The notes beneath the pieces were generated by a model that did not search any database, was not told the origin of the DNA, and saw only the letters and a list, made by a program, of their open reading frames with translations. From a virus (Duplodnaviria; Heunggongvirae; Uroviricota; Caudoviricetes): a stretch of DNA of 6,590 nucleotides. Position 1 is the first letter of the stretch; every line of letters starts with the position of its first letter. The translations under genes and the position numbers were made by a program. The DNA lies in IMG/VR virus record IMGVR_UViG_2654587711_000006; one strand, 5' to 3'. Below are positions 1 to 5,495 of the stretch, in pieces.

Positions 1-228
1 TCAATGTCGCGTAAAGGTAACTGTTACGACAACGCTCCGATGGAAAGCTTCTGGGGAACGCTGAAAAATGAGAGCCTGAGCCACTATCGTTTTAATAACC
101 GGGATGAAGCCATCTCAGTAATACGGGAATACATTGAGATTTTCTACAATCGTCAGCGTCGTCACTCTCGTCTGGGGAATATCTCCCCGGCAGCCTTCAG
201 GGAAAAATATCATCAGATGGCTGCTTAA
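1..228 (+). CDS. IS3-family transposase OrfB (DDE integrase), C-terminal fragment; 5' part is outside the window
   Basis: Translation ...SRKGNCYDNAPMESFWGTLKNE...YIEIFYNRQRRHSRLGNISPAAF matches the conserved C-terminal block of IS3-family OrfB proteins (GNCYDNA.ESFF..LK ... YNR.R.HS.LG..SP) as I recall them. The frame is open to the window edge. Confidence 0.8.
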   Translation, partial: SMSRKGNCYDNAPMESFWGTLKNESLSHYRFNNRDEAISVIREYIEIFYNRQRRHSRLGNISPAAFREKYHQMAA

Positions 229-271
229 AAAAAGAACAAATGGTAGTGTCCGCTATTGCCAGTACACCTCA
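1..271 (+). mobile_element. IS3-family insertion sequence, right (3') end only; the IS body lies left of the window
   Basis: Contains the C-terminal transposase ORF. The element ends in ...GTACACCTCA (terminal TCA is typical of IS3-family ends). The same ~270 bp recurs as a reverse complement at 6294-6590, and the match breaks exactly after CCTCA in both copies. Confidence 0.8.
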
Positions 272-413
272 GGGTATAAGGGGTTATGGCCACCGGACTA
301 CCAAACGGCTGCCAGCCCTCTTTCAGTTTATGTGTCAGCTTTTCCGCAAGATCTGACGGCGGCGCCGCCCTGACAACATCATAGTGTTTAAATGCCATGG
401 TTCTTTCCACCAT
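272..413 (-). CDS. Small hypothetical prophage protein, 3' end truncated by the left IS
   Basis: Minus-strand ORF starts at ATG 413 (alternative ATG at 398 giving MAFKHYDVVRAAPPSDLAEKLTHKLKEGWQPFGSPVAITPYT). The reading frame runs straight into the IS terminal sequence after ...PYT, so the native C-terminus is missing. Family not recognised with confidence. Confidence 0.4.
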
Positions 414-591
414 CTGAAAAATAATTCTTTAAAATACCTGACATGTAATACAGAAAAAACACAAAACCATACCTTAAATAAAAACCTGATTATCAAGCAG
501 ATATGCATGGATAAACTACAAGACGAGATATAAACCACCCTGCATTTAAATAAACAATAAACAACATCAGAAAAATAATTCTGCTCTATGG

Positions 592-618
592 TTTACATTC
601 AAAAATATCATTTATACT
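592..618 (+). promoter_or_regulatory. Candidate sigma70 promoter for the 659-994 ORF
   Basis: TTTACA at 592-597 and TATACT at 613-618 with a 15-nt spacer, about 40 nt upstream of the ATG, inside a very AT-rich divergent intergenic region. Spacer is shorter than optimal. Confidence 0.3.
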
Positions 619-658
619 TTTCAGAACATCACCAGCAAGGCATAAACAAGGAAACTAA

Positions 659-994
659 ATGAAGTGGATTGTGATTGATACAGTTATCCAGCCATCATGC
701 GGAATATCTTTTTCAGTCATATGGAGTAAAATAAAATTAATAATCTGGTATCAATCGGATGCTTTCTTACCTCCTGAAAGTATATTTACACTGACTCACA
801 CAGGCATCATGCTCAATAACAAAGTGCTACCTGTAACCATTTACAACGTAGTACCATTCAATAAAACATTCTGGAATTCAATCAAAAATAGCCAGGAATG
901 CCCTACAAATACAGATAACGTATTGAATGAATGCTTTAATAACCGTTGCACTCTGCAAATATGTCCTTATGGACTAAAACAACAAAGTCCATAA
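659..994 (+). CDS. Hypothetical protein (111 aa) in AT-rich island
   Basis: A 336-nt open frame in roughly 30 percent GC DNA, where random ORFs are short. Strong Shine-Dalgarno AAGGA 5 nt upstream of ATG 659. C-terminal Cys cluster (C-x12-C-x4-C-x4-C). Stop codon sits inside an 11-bp perfect inverted repeat. No family recognised. Confidence 0.35.
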   Translation: MKWIVIDTVIQPSCGISFSVIWSKIKLIIWYQSDAFLPPESIFTLTHTGIMLNNKVLPVTIYNVVPFNKTFWNSIKNSQECPTNTDNVLNECFNNRCTLQICPYGLKQQSP

Positions 995-1009
995 GGAGTT
1001 TACTCACAT

Positions 1010-1050
1010 CTGACAAAATCAATATAAACAGCCCCTCCGGAGAGGGGCTG
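1010..1050 (-). terminator. Rho-independent terminator for minus-strand (late-direction) transcription
   Basis: Perfect 9-bp GC-rich stem CAGCCCCTC/GAGGGGCTG with a 4-nt loop at 1029-1050, followed on the minus strand by the U-rich tract TGTTTATATTGATTTTG. On the plus strand no T-tract follows. Confidence 0.6.
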
Positions 1051-1441
1051 GAGAGTGGCGCTATGTGCCATTGCATGGTGCCGGGTGCCTCCCGGTGAAT
1101 TCAGTACCAGCACCTGAATCCGCGATTATCCCATATACCTACTCGCTGATTGCCCCTCCGCACAGGGGGATTCACCATGCCAGTTTCTTTTAACAAACTC
1201 CCCGCAAACCAGACAACAGTCAACCGCCTGAATTGTGAAGTATTTAAAAATTTCTCCCGCTAACTGATACCCGGCTAACAGTCTGGCGTTTTCTTTTTCA
1301 GCAACGGGAAAGCAACAACCACCACACCCGCCACCAGCACACCGTCAGCCAGCACTGACATTATCCGGCTGCTGCAATGCCATTCACAAAAACAGTAAGC
1401 AATCACTTTTTACCGTAACAGGTGATAATCCAGATATGTAT

Positions 1442-1795
1442 CTACCCCAGATGAGTAATCCGAAGTTCATCCATACCACAGGTCCTGGCTATTCTGTTGT
1501 ACTCCTGAACAAGAGCAAATAATTCTGAATTAGCAACCATGAACTCATCGCAAACCCTCTGTATAGCATCACTATTCAGAATAATAACGTCTCTTCCCGA
1601 AAGACGATCAGGAGTACAGAACAAAACTGTCAAACGGCTGAAGGCCTTTGCTCGTGCTGCATTGACTATATCAATACGCTGCCTAAGGATGAAACACCCC
1701 GACGCCTCATCAATATTCACTCTACCCACACCATATGAATGATAAATATTTAATGCTGAAAAAACCATTAGACCGTATAACAAACACTCAATCAA
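1442..1795 (-). CDS. Hypothetical protein (117 aa from TTG; about 108 aa from internal ATG near 1768), moron downstream of Q and tRNAs
   Basis: Longest ORF between the tRNA cluster and the 1010-1050 terminator, co-oriented with late transcription. No recognisable family, signal peptide or catalytic motif by eye. Confidence 0.45.
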   Translation of the reverse strand: MIECLLYGLMVFSALNIYHSYGVGRVNIDEASGCFILRQRIDIVNAARAKAFSRLTVLFCTPDRLSGRDVIILNSDAIQRVCDEFMVANSELFALVQEYNRIARTCGMDELRITHLG

Positions 1796-1905
1796 TACTT
1801 AACAGAACTTTTATTTTTGACAAACATAAAATATTTTCAACAATATCCTGAGCCAGGTATATTTCAGTATAAGGCTCTGCCGGAAGGAATCTGGAAGAAT
1901 GAATA

Positions 1906-1982
1906 TGGCGCGCTGTACTGGATTCGAACCAGTGACCGATTGCTTAGAAGGCAATTGCTCTGTCCGGCTGAGCTAACAACGC
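1906..1982 (-). tRNA. tRNA-Arg (anticodon UCU), argO/argN-like phage tRNA
   Basis: Minus-strand sequence folds by hand into a full cloverleaf: acceptor GCGTTGT/ACAGCGC, D-stem GCTC/GAGC, anticodon stem ATTGC/GCAAT with loop CTTCTAA, T-arm ACTGG-TTCGAAT-CCAGT, discriminator G and encoded CCA. 77 nt. Confidence 0.85.
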
Positions 1983-1995
1983 TGAATACCGATAA

Positions 1996-2075
1996 TGGAC
2001 CGCCATCGGGGACCCGCCCCCGCACCAACAACCCTGTTATCGTGTCGTCTGCTCTTCCTGATAAGCTAATGGCGG
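1996..2075 (-). pseudogene. tRNA-like element, probably a degenerate tRNA gene
   Basis: Perfect 7-bp acceptor stem CCGCCAT/ATGGCGG followed by T and CCA, a D-arm GCTT/GAGC with a GG-containing loop, and a T-arm-like CGGGG/CCCCG stem. No canonical anticodon stem-loop and an atypical T-loop. Confidence 0.3.
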
Positions 2076-2082
2076 TTTGTGA

Positions 2083-2158
2083 TGGTGGCCCTTGCTGGAT
2101 TTGAACCAGCGACTTGGCGATTATGAGTCGCTCGCTCTCACCACTGAGCTAAAGGGCC
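2083..2158 (-). tRNA. tRNA-Ile2 (anticodon CAU, lysidine type), ileX/ileZ-like
   Basis: Hand-folded cloverleaf: acceptor GGCCCTT/AAGGGCC, D-stem GCTC/GAGC, anticodon loop CTCATAA, T-arm GCTGG-TTCAAAT-CCAGC, discriminator A and encoded CCA. 76 nt. Closely resembles E. coli ileX as recalled; a Met assignment cannot be fully excluded from anticodon alone. Confidence 0.8.
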
Positions 2159-2194
2159 GGGAGCAGAATAATAACGGTCCGTAATTAATTCCGC

Positions 2195-2223
2195 AATAAA
2201 AAACCCGCTCGGCGGCGGGTTGT
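2195..2223 (-). terminator. tR'-like rho-independent terminator between Q and the tRNAs
   Basis: Minus strand reads AACCCGC-CGCCGA-GCGGGTT followed by TTTTTATT, a 7-bp GC-rich stem plus U-tract. It lies about 40 nt downstream of the Q stop, the position of tR' in lambdoid late regions. Confidence 0.65.
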
Positions 2224-2260
2224 AGAAACTCTTCTAACGTCAGGCATAAAACGCCCATAG

Positions 2261-3115
2261 TTATGACGAATTTACCACAGATTCCGGAAAAATCAACCTA
2301 GTTACCTTTTTTAACTGCCGCTCAGCCCATGCTTCTTCAATATCAAACCGAGTCACCAGCGCATCATAGAATTTCTTAACTGTTTTTTCCCATGACGCGC
2401 GTGTTATCTGGTTTGTCACCTCGCATATAGCATTAAATGCCTCCGTTGATGGTAGTCTTTCATAGCCACGACCACCACAACGCTGGCAGTCTCTGATAAC
2501 AGGCATACCACGTTTTACCGACTCTTCACGATGAATGGCGACACCACGCCCACGGCAATCCTTACAGGCGGTGGAAACCTCACCCTTTCCGCCACACTCC
2601 GGACAGGCAACTTTTACCACCTCCCTGACTTTTTTCCATTCTTCCCAGTAAGACGGATACACACCTTTCGTACACTTTGCCCATACCGGCGGCTTACCAT
2701 CCGGATACTGGATCTTGTTTGTAAAAACCTCGCTTTCAATAAATTTTTTTCCGTGACAGCAGGGGCACTGTTTTTTGCTCGCCGCGCTACGGGCATAATC
2801 TTCAAACGCATACGAAGCCATAATACGCATCACTGCCGGTTTTATTTCTGCCGGGAGTTTTCTTAACGCCGCCACGCGATCACACCGACTGAGTGCATAT
2901 TCTGTCAGCAATTCTGTTGCCCGCTCTCTGTCATTCATACTAATGCCCATTTTCCCAAGGAACGCAGAAACCCCCATCTCAGCCCGATTCTGTGTCATGC
3001 CCTGCGCGGCCATCACATCAGTGATACTCAGCGCATCTTTCGACGTTGAGGCCGATGCATCAGTCAGGCCGGGGGATTTTGGGGAGTAGTATTTCGGTAA
3101 ATCTTCCAGTTTCAT
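2261..3115 (-). CDS. Late-gene antitermination protein Q-like (284 aa) with DnaJ-type zinc-finger repeats
   Basis: Canonical position after rusA and before the late promoter, tR' and tRNAs. N-terminus MKLEDLPKYYSPKSP... resembles QuuQ/phage-82-type Q proteins as recalled. Contains CPCCHGKK, CPECGGKG, CKDCRGRG and CQRCGGRG (CxxCxGxG-like). Start overlaps the rusA stop (ATGA). Confidence 0.7.
   Translation of the reverse strand: MKLEDLPKYYSPKSPGLTDASASTSKDALSITDVMAAQGMTQNRAEMGVSAFLGKMGISMNDRERATELLTEYALSRCDRVAALRKLPAEIKPAVMRIMASYAFEDYARSAASKKQCPCCHGKKFIESEVFTNKIQYPDGKPPVWAKCTKGVYPSYWEEWKKVREVVKVACPECGGKGEVSTACKDCRGRGVAIHREESVKRGMPVIRDCQRCGGRGYERLPSTEAFNAICEVTNQITRASWEKTVKKFYDALVTRFDIEEAWAERQLKKVTRLIFPESVVNSS
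2262..2300 (-). promoter_or_regulatory. Candidate late promoter (pR'-like) overlapping the 3' end of the Q gene
   Basis: Minus strand has TTGATT (2296-2291), a 16-nt spacer, then TAAATT (2274-2269), placing the start near the Q stop codon and about 65 nt upstream of the tR'-like terminator. A qut site cannot be resolved by eye. Confidence 0.4.
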
Positions 3116-3492
3116 TTTTTGACCTGCCCTTCAAGCATTATGGGATAAATCTTCACCCCCAGACGTCCACCAGATACTGGCTGAGCACGAACGATATTGA
3201 TTTCATCAAACTGCTCATCGTCCATTAGCAACCCCGCATGCGTCAGCGCATCCAGCGGCGCTTTCAGAATATTGTCCAGGTCACGGCGGCGCTTATCCGG
3301 TGGTTCTGCAATAATTTTTATTGCCAACCTTCCGGACAGGCTTAATTTCAGCCGCTGCTGGCGAACAATAAGCGCCACTGCCCGGCGATAACGCTCCCCG
3401 GCTTTTGATACAAAATATGTGCTGCCACGACGACGCCAGTAAGTGTTCACCGTCGGCGGGTAAGGTAAAACAAATTCTATGCGCTCGGTCAT
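3112..3492 (-). CDS. rusA: RusA-family Holliday junction resolvase (126 aa)
   Basis: Motifs shared with E. coli RusA as recalled: LPYPPTVNTYWR, PDKRRRDLDN, DALTHAG...DDEQ, GGRL. Size matches. Start abuts the DUF968 stop. Confidence 0.85.
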   Translation of the reverse strand: MTERIEFVLPYPPTVNTYWRRRGSTYFVSKAGERYRRAVALIVRQQRLKLSLSGRLAIKIIAEPPDKRRRDLDNILKAPLDALTHAGLLMDDEQFDEINIVRAQPVSGGRLGVKIYPIMLEGQVKK

Positions 3493-4551
3493 TTATGCTT
3501 TCCACTTCAGAACACCCGAATTTCTCGCGTGCATTAAAAAACGAATCAGCAACAACAGCTGACTGCCGTGTTTCTCTTCAAAATCTTTTACTCCGGCATG
3601 TAGTTCGTTACGGCATTTACGGCATAACGGAATAACAAACAAATCATCAGCCTTTGTTCCCATCCCTCCCAGTCCATGACCAATGATGTGATGCGGATCA
3701 TCTGCCTGATTGCCACACGTCATGCATTTCTGCGTTTTTACCCAGCGCGTGTATACAGGCATCTCTTCCCGTTGTGATTTCTGGCGCTGGAGATACTGAG
3801 CCGGTGACTCCGGATCAACGGCAATGCTGACCACCGTCTTTTCCTGTGGTGGGTTCTGTTGCTGGTGGACGTGAGGCAGTAACGCAATATTTTTTGTGCG
3901 CTGCTTCAGTATGCTGGTGGCTGTCTGCTCTCCCGGTATGATGTCGCTTTCACTGTACACAGAGCGAATTTTTTCCGCACGCAACCCCAGCGAACGACGT
4001 AATACCGCTTCCGGTAGCGCGTCCGCCACCTGATTGCGGACCGCCCACCAGGATAATTCAGCCAGAGATAATTCACGCTCCTGCGTACCGCTTATTGCGT
4101 GACCGATGACGTCAATCATCCATGCTGACAGGTTTTGATGAGCAAGTTGCTCGAGTGATTCGGATGTCTGGTCACGCAGCTGGTTGTCGCAGTGCCAGCA
4201 CAACACCATTGCGCCGGTACCATAACGGTGAATGACGGTTTCGCTGTGATGATAATCGCCGTGTGGCCACTGGCAGGATTTAATATGGCGCAACAGCCAG
4301 TCAGACAATGCACCAGCACCACCAGCAGCACGAATCACCCGTGCGTTACTGAAAAACGGCAGCAATGTTTTGTCTTCCACCAGCGGCTGGCGAGCGGCAG
4401 GAACGACCCCGGACGGCAGATTACGCATGCTTTTTGGTTCCGGCTCCACCAGTATTCTGCCGTTATGGAATGCTGACATTGATTCACGGCCTGGCTTAAC
4501 GATAACCAGACCGAGTTCCGGTACCAGAACAGGTCGAAGTAATACCCGCAC
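3493..4551 (-). CDS. DUF968-like prophage protein (YdfU-like, 352 aa) with Cys/His HNH-like motif
   Basis: Long ORF with C-terminal CMTCGNQADDPHHIIGHGLGG...CRKCRNELH cluster. Position upstream of rusA and Q matches Qin-like prophages. GGAGG sits 5 nt upstream of ATG 4551; an internal ATG (MSAFHNG..., near 4479) is an alternative start. Confidence 0.6.
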   Translation of the reverse strand: MRVLLRPVLVPELGLVIVKPGRESMSAFHNGRILVEPEPKSMRNLPSGVVPAARQPLVEDKTLLPFFSNARVIRAAGGAGALSDWLLRHIKSCQWPHGDYHHSETVIHRYGTGAMVLCWHCDNQLRDQTSESLEQLAHQNLSAWMIDVIGHAISGTQERELSLAELSWWAVRNQVADALPEAVLRRSLGLRAEKIRSVYSESDIIPGEQTATSILKQRTKNIALLPHVHQQQNPPQEKTVVSIAVDPESPAQYLQRQKSQREEMPVYTRWVKTQKCMTCGNQADDPHHIIGHGLGGMGTKADDLFVIPLCRKCRNELHAGVKDFEEKHGSQLLLLIRFLMHARNSGVLKWKA

Positions 4552-4626
4552 ATTACCTCCAGATCCGTTGCTGGAATGTGCGGGACGGACGCGTTGGCCG
4601 TTCGGAGTAAGGGAGCCTGACGGAGA

Positions 4627-4911
4627 TTATCCAGTGACGGTAGTCGAGGCTAAGGGCTTTTTTAACCTCGCATCCGCGCCTGCGGTAACACTGAATGAGC
4701 CATTCGGCCTGTTCTTCAGTGCATGGGGGATGCTGGTACCAATCAGATTTAAATGCGTGAGAGCGCCGCCCGTGCCTGCTGGCAAAGACGGCTGAATTAT
4801 CAGAATTGTGTAGTCTGGAAGGCAGTGGCTGACAATAGCGCCATTCTCAACGCGCACAGTATAGAGGCCATCTTCACTAAAAATTTCACGTAATTCTTCG
4901 ATTTTCATCAA
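4627..4911 (-). CDS. Small hypothetical protein at the position of rem in Qin-like prophages; possibly frameshifted
   Basis: ATG near 4908 preceded by AAGGA. The N-terminal 40 aa (MKIEELREIFSEDGLYTVRVENGAIVSHCLPDY...) look protein-like, but the C-terminal half is Ser/Thr/Gly/Ala/Pro-rich like an off-frame product. The -1 frame is open for about 93 codons and ends in TAA overlapping the DUF968 ATG. Confidence 0.4.
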   Translation of the reverse strand: MMKIEELREIFSEDGLYTVRVENGAIVSHCLPDYTILIIQPSLPAGTGGALTHLNLIGTSIPHALKNRPNGSFSVTAGADARLKKPLASTTVTG

Positions 4912-4990
4912 CAGAATCCTTCCAGATAAATAGCACTCCCCTGTTCGGGGTCCATCCCTCTTCTCCCTGCGCGCTACTTAAGTATTTTTG

Positions 4991-5020
4991 ATTCTATTCC
5001 GGCACCATCTAAAACTTCAA
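4991..5020 (-). promoter_or_regulatory. Candidate sigma70 promoter for the 4911 to 2261 operon
   Basis: Minus strand TTGAAG (5020-5015), 18-nt spacer, TAGAAT (4996-4991), located between the hok terminator and the downstream ORF. Confidence 0.35.
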
Positions 5021-5026
5021 ACGCGT

Positions 5027-5060
5027 TGAAAATAAAAACAAAAACCCGCCGAAGCGGGTT
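5027..5060 (-). terminator. Rho-independent terminator at the 3' end of the hok mRNA
   Basis: Hairpin AACCCGC-CGAA-GCGGGTT (5043-5060) followed on the minus strand by TTTTTGTTTTTATTTT. Gives an mRNA of about 420 nt from the inferred 5' end, typical of hok mRNAs. Confidence 0.65.
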
Positions 5061-5128
5061 AAGTGTGGGTGCATTGAGGATGCCTGACCCATCAGAGGTG
5101 GCGAGGGATTTCTCCCCCGCCTGGTCTC

Positions 5129-5284
5129 TTACTCCTCAGGTTCGTAAGCTGTGAAGACAGCGACCTCCGTCTGGCCGGTTCGAATTCGTACCTCGCAGAG
5201 GTCTTTCCTCGTTACCAGTGCCGTCACTATGACGGTTAAACAGATGACGATCAGGGCGATTAACATCGCCTTTTGCTGCTTCAT
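5129..5284 (-). CDS. hokD: Hok-family membrane toxin (51 aa), HokD/RelF-like
   Basis: Translation MKQQKAMLIALIVICLTVIVTALVTRKDLCEVRIRTGQTEVAVFTAYEPEE matches HokD (RelF) of E. coli K-12 as I recall it: single TM helix and conserved C...C-E-(I/V)-R motif. The ORF-track entry 5129-5341 is an in-frame upstream extension. Confidence 0.8.
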   Translation of the reverse strand: MKQQKAMLIALIVICLTVIVTALVTRKDLCEVRIRTGQTEVAVFTAYEPEE

Positions 5285-5490
5285 AGCCTGCTTCTCCTTG
5301 CCTTTCGGCACGTAAGAGGCTAACCTAGATTTGCCGTTCATAGATTGAGCCTCAGATTAATGTTAAGCGTCTTGCCGGACGCGTAATGTTAACTGGGGCT
5401 TTTCTCTATCTGCCTTTTGGTGTTCATGCCTGAGACAGATAGCCTCAAGCACCCGCTGCAATTCTACTTAACTCTCCTTTTCCCGCAAAC
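5285..5490 (-). promoter_or_regulatory. hok mRNA leader with upstream promoter (mok-like frame, sok-target region)
   Basis: Minus-strand GCTTGAGGCTATCTGTCTCAGG..., ...AGCCCCAGTTAACATTA... and ...AGCCTCTTACGTGCCGAAAGGCAAGGAGAAGCAGGCTATGAAG parallel the plasmid R1 hok mRNA 5' end, leader and mok/hok start as recalled. TTTGCG/TAGAAT promoter-like hexamers just upstream (about 5487-5459). An intact sok antisense gene could not be delimited. Confidence 0.55.
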
Positions 5491-5495
5491 CGTTT

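Noticed and set aside
134-373. Plus-strand 79-aa ORF spanning the IS end and flanking DNA
   Set aside because: Overlaps the transposase C-terminus in another frame and runs across the IS terminus into the antisense of the small minus-strand gene. Arg/Pro/Ser-rich read-through with no start context.
335-538. Minus-strand 67-aa ORF in the AT-rich intergenic region
   Set aside because: Alternate frame overlapping the 272-413 gene and its promoter region. Low-complexity hydrophobic/Arg-rich translation and no ribosome-binding site.
1539-1742. Plus-strand 67-aa ORF
   Set aside because: Lies entirely antisense within the 117-aa minus-strand ORF. Arg/Ser-rich composition typical of a shadow frame.
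1050-1905. Shiga toxin or other AB5 toxin genes downstream of the Q-tRNA cluster
   Set aside because: No ORF pair of the expected sizes (about 315 aa plus about 89 aa), no signal peptides, and the 117-aa ORF shows no similarity to StxA/StxB or pertussis-like toxin sequences as I recall them.
1817-2104. Plus-strand 95-aa ORF with TTG start
   Set aside because: Runs antisense through both tRNA genes and the tRNA-like spacer. The openness reflects structured RNA sequence, not coding.
2531-2866. Plus-strand 111-aa ORF and minus-strand 65-aa ORF (2614-2811) inside the Q gene
   Set aside because: Shadow frames within the well-supported Q-like CDS.
3046-3635. Several 60-76-aa ORFs on both strands (3046-3228, 3197-3391, 3293-3505, 3405-3635)
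   Set aside because: All overlap the rusA or DUF968 coding sequences in alternate or antisense frames.
4116-4795. ORFs 4116-4331 (-), 4192-4476 (+), 4335-4553 (-), 4370-4795 (+)
   Set aside because: Alternate or antisense frames of the DUF968 gene and the upstream small gene. Compositions are Cys/Trp/Arg-rich or Gly/Pro/Arg-rich as expected for off-frame products.
5129-5341. 70-aa ORF as the hok gene product
   Set aside because: Hok-family toxins are about 50 aa. The conserved protein begins at the internal ATG (5284). The in-frame upstream extension covers the mok/leader region and is not taken as the toxin N-terminus.
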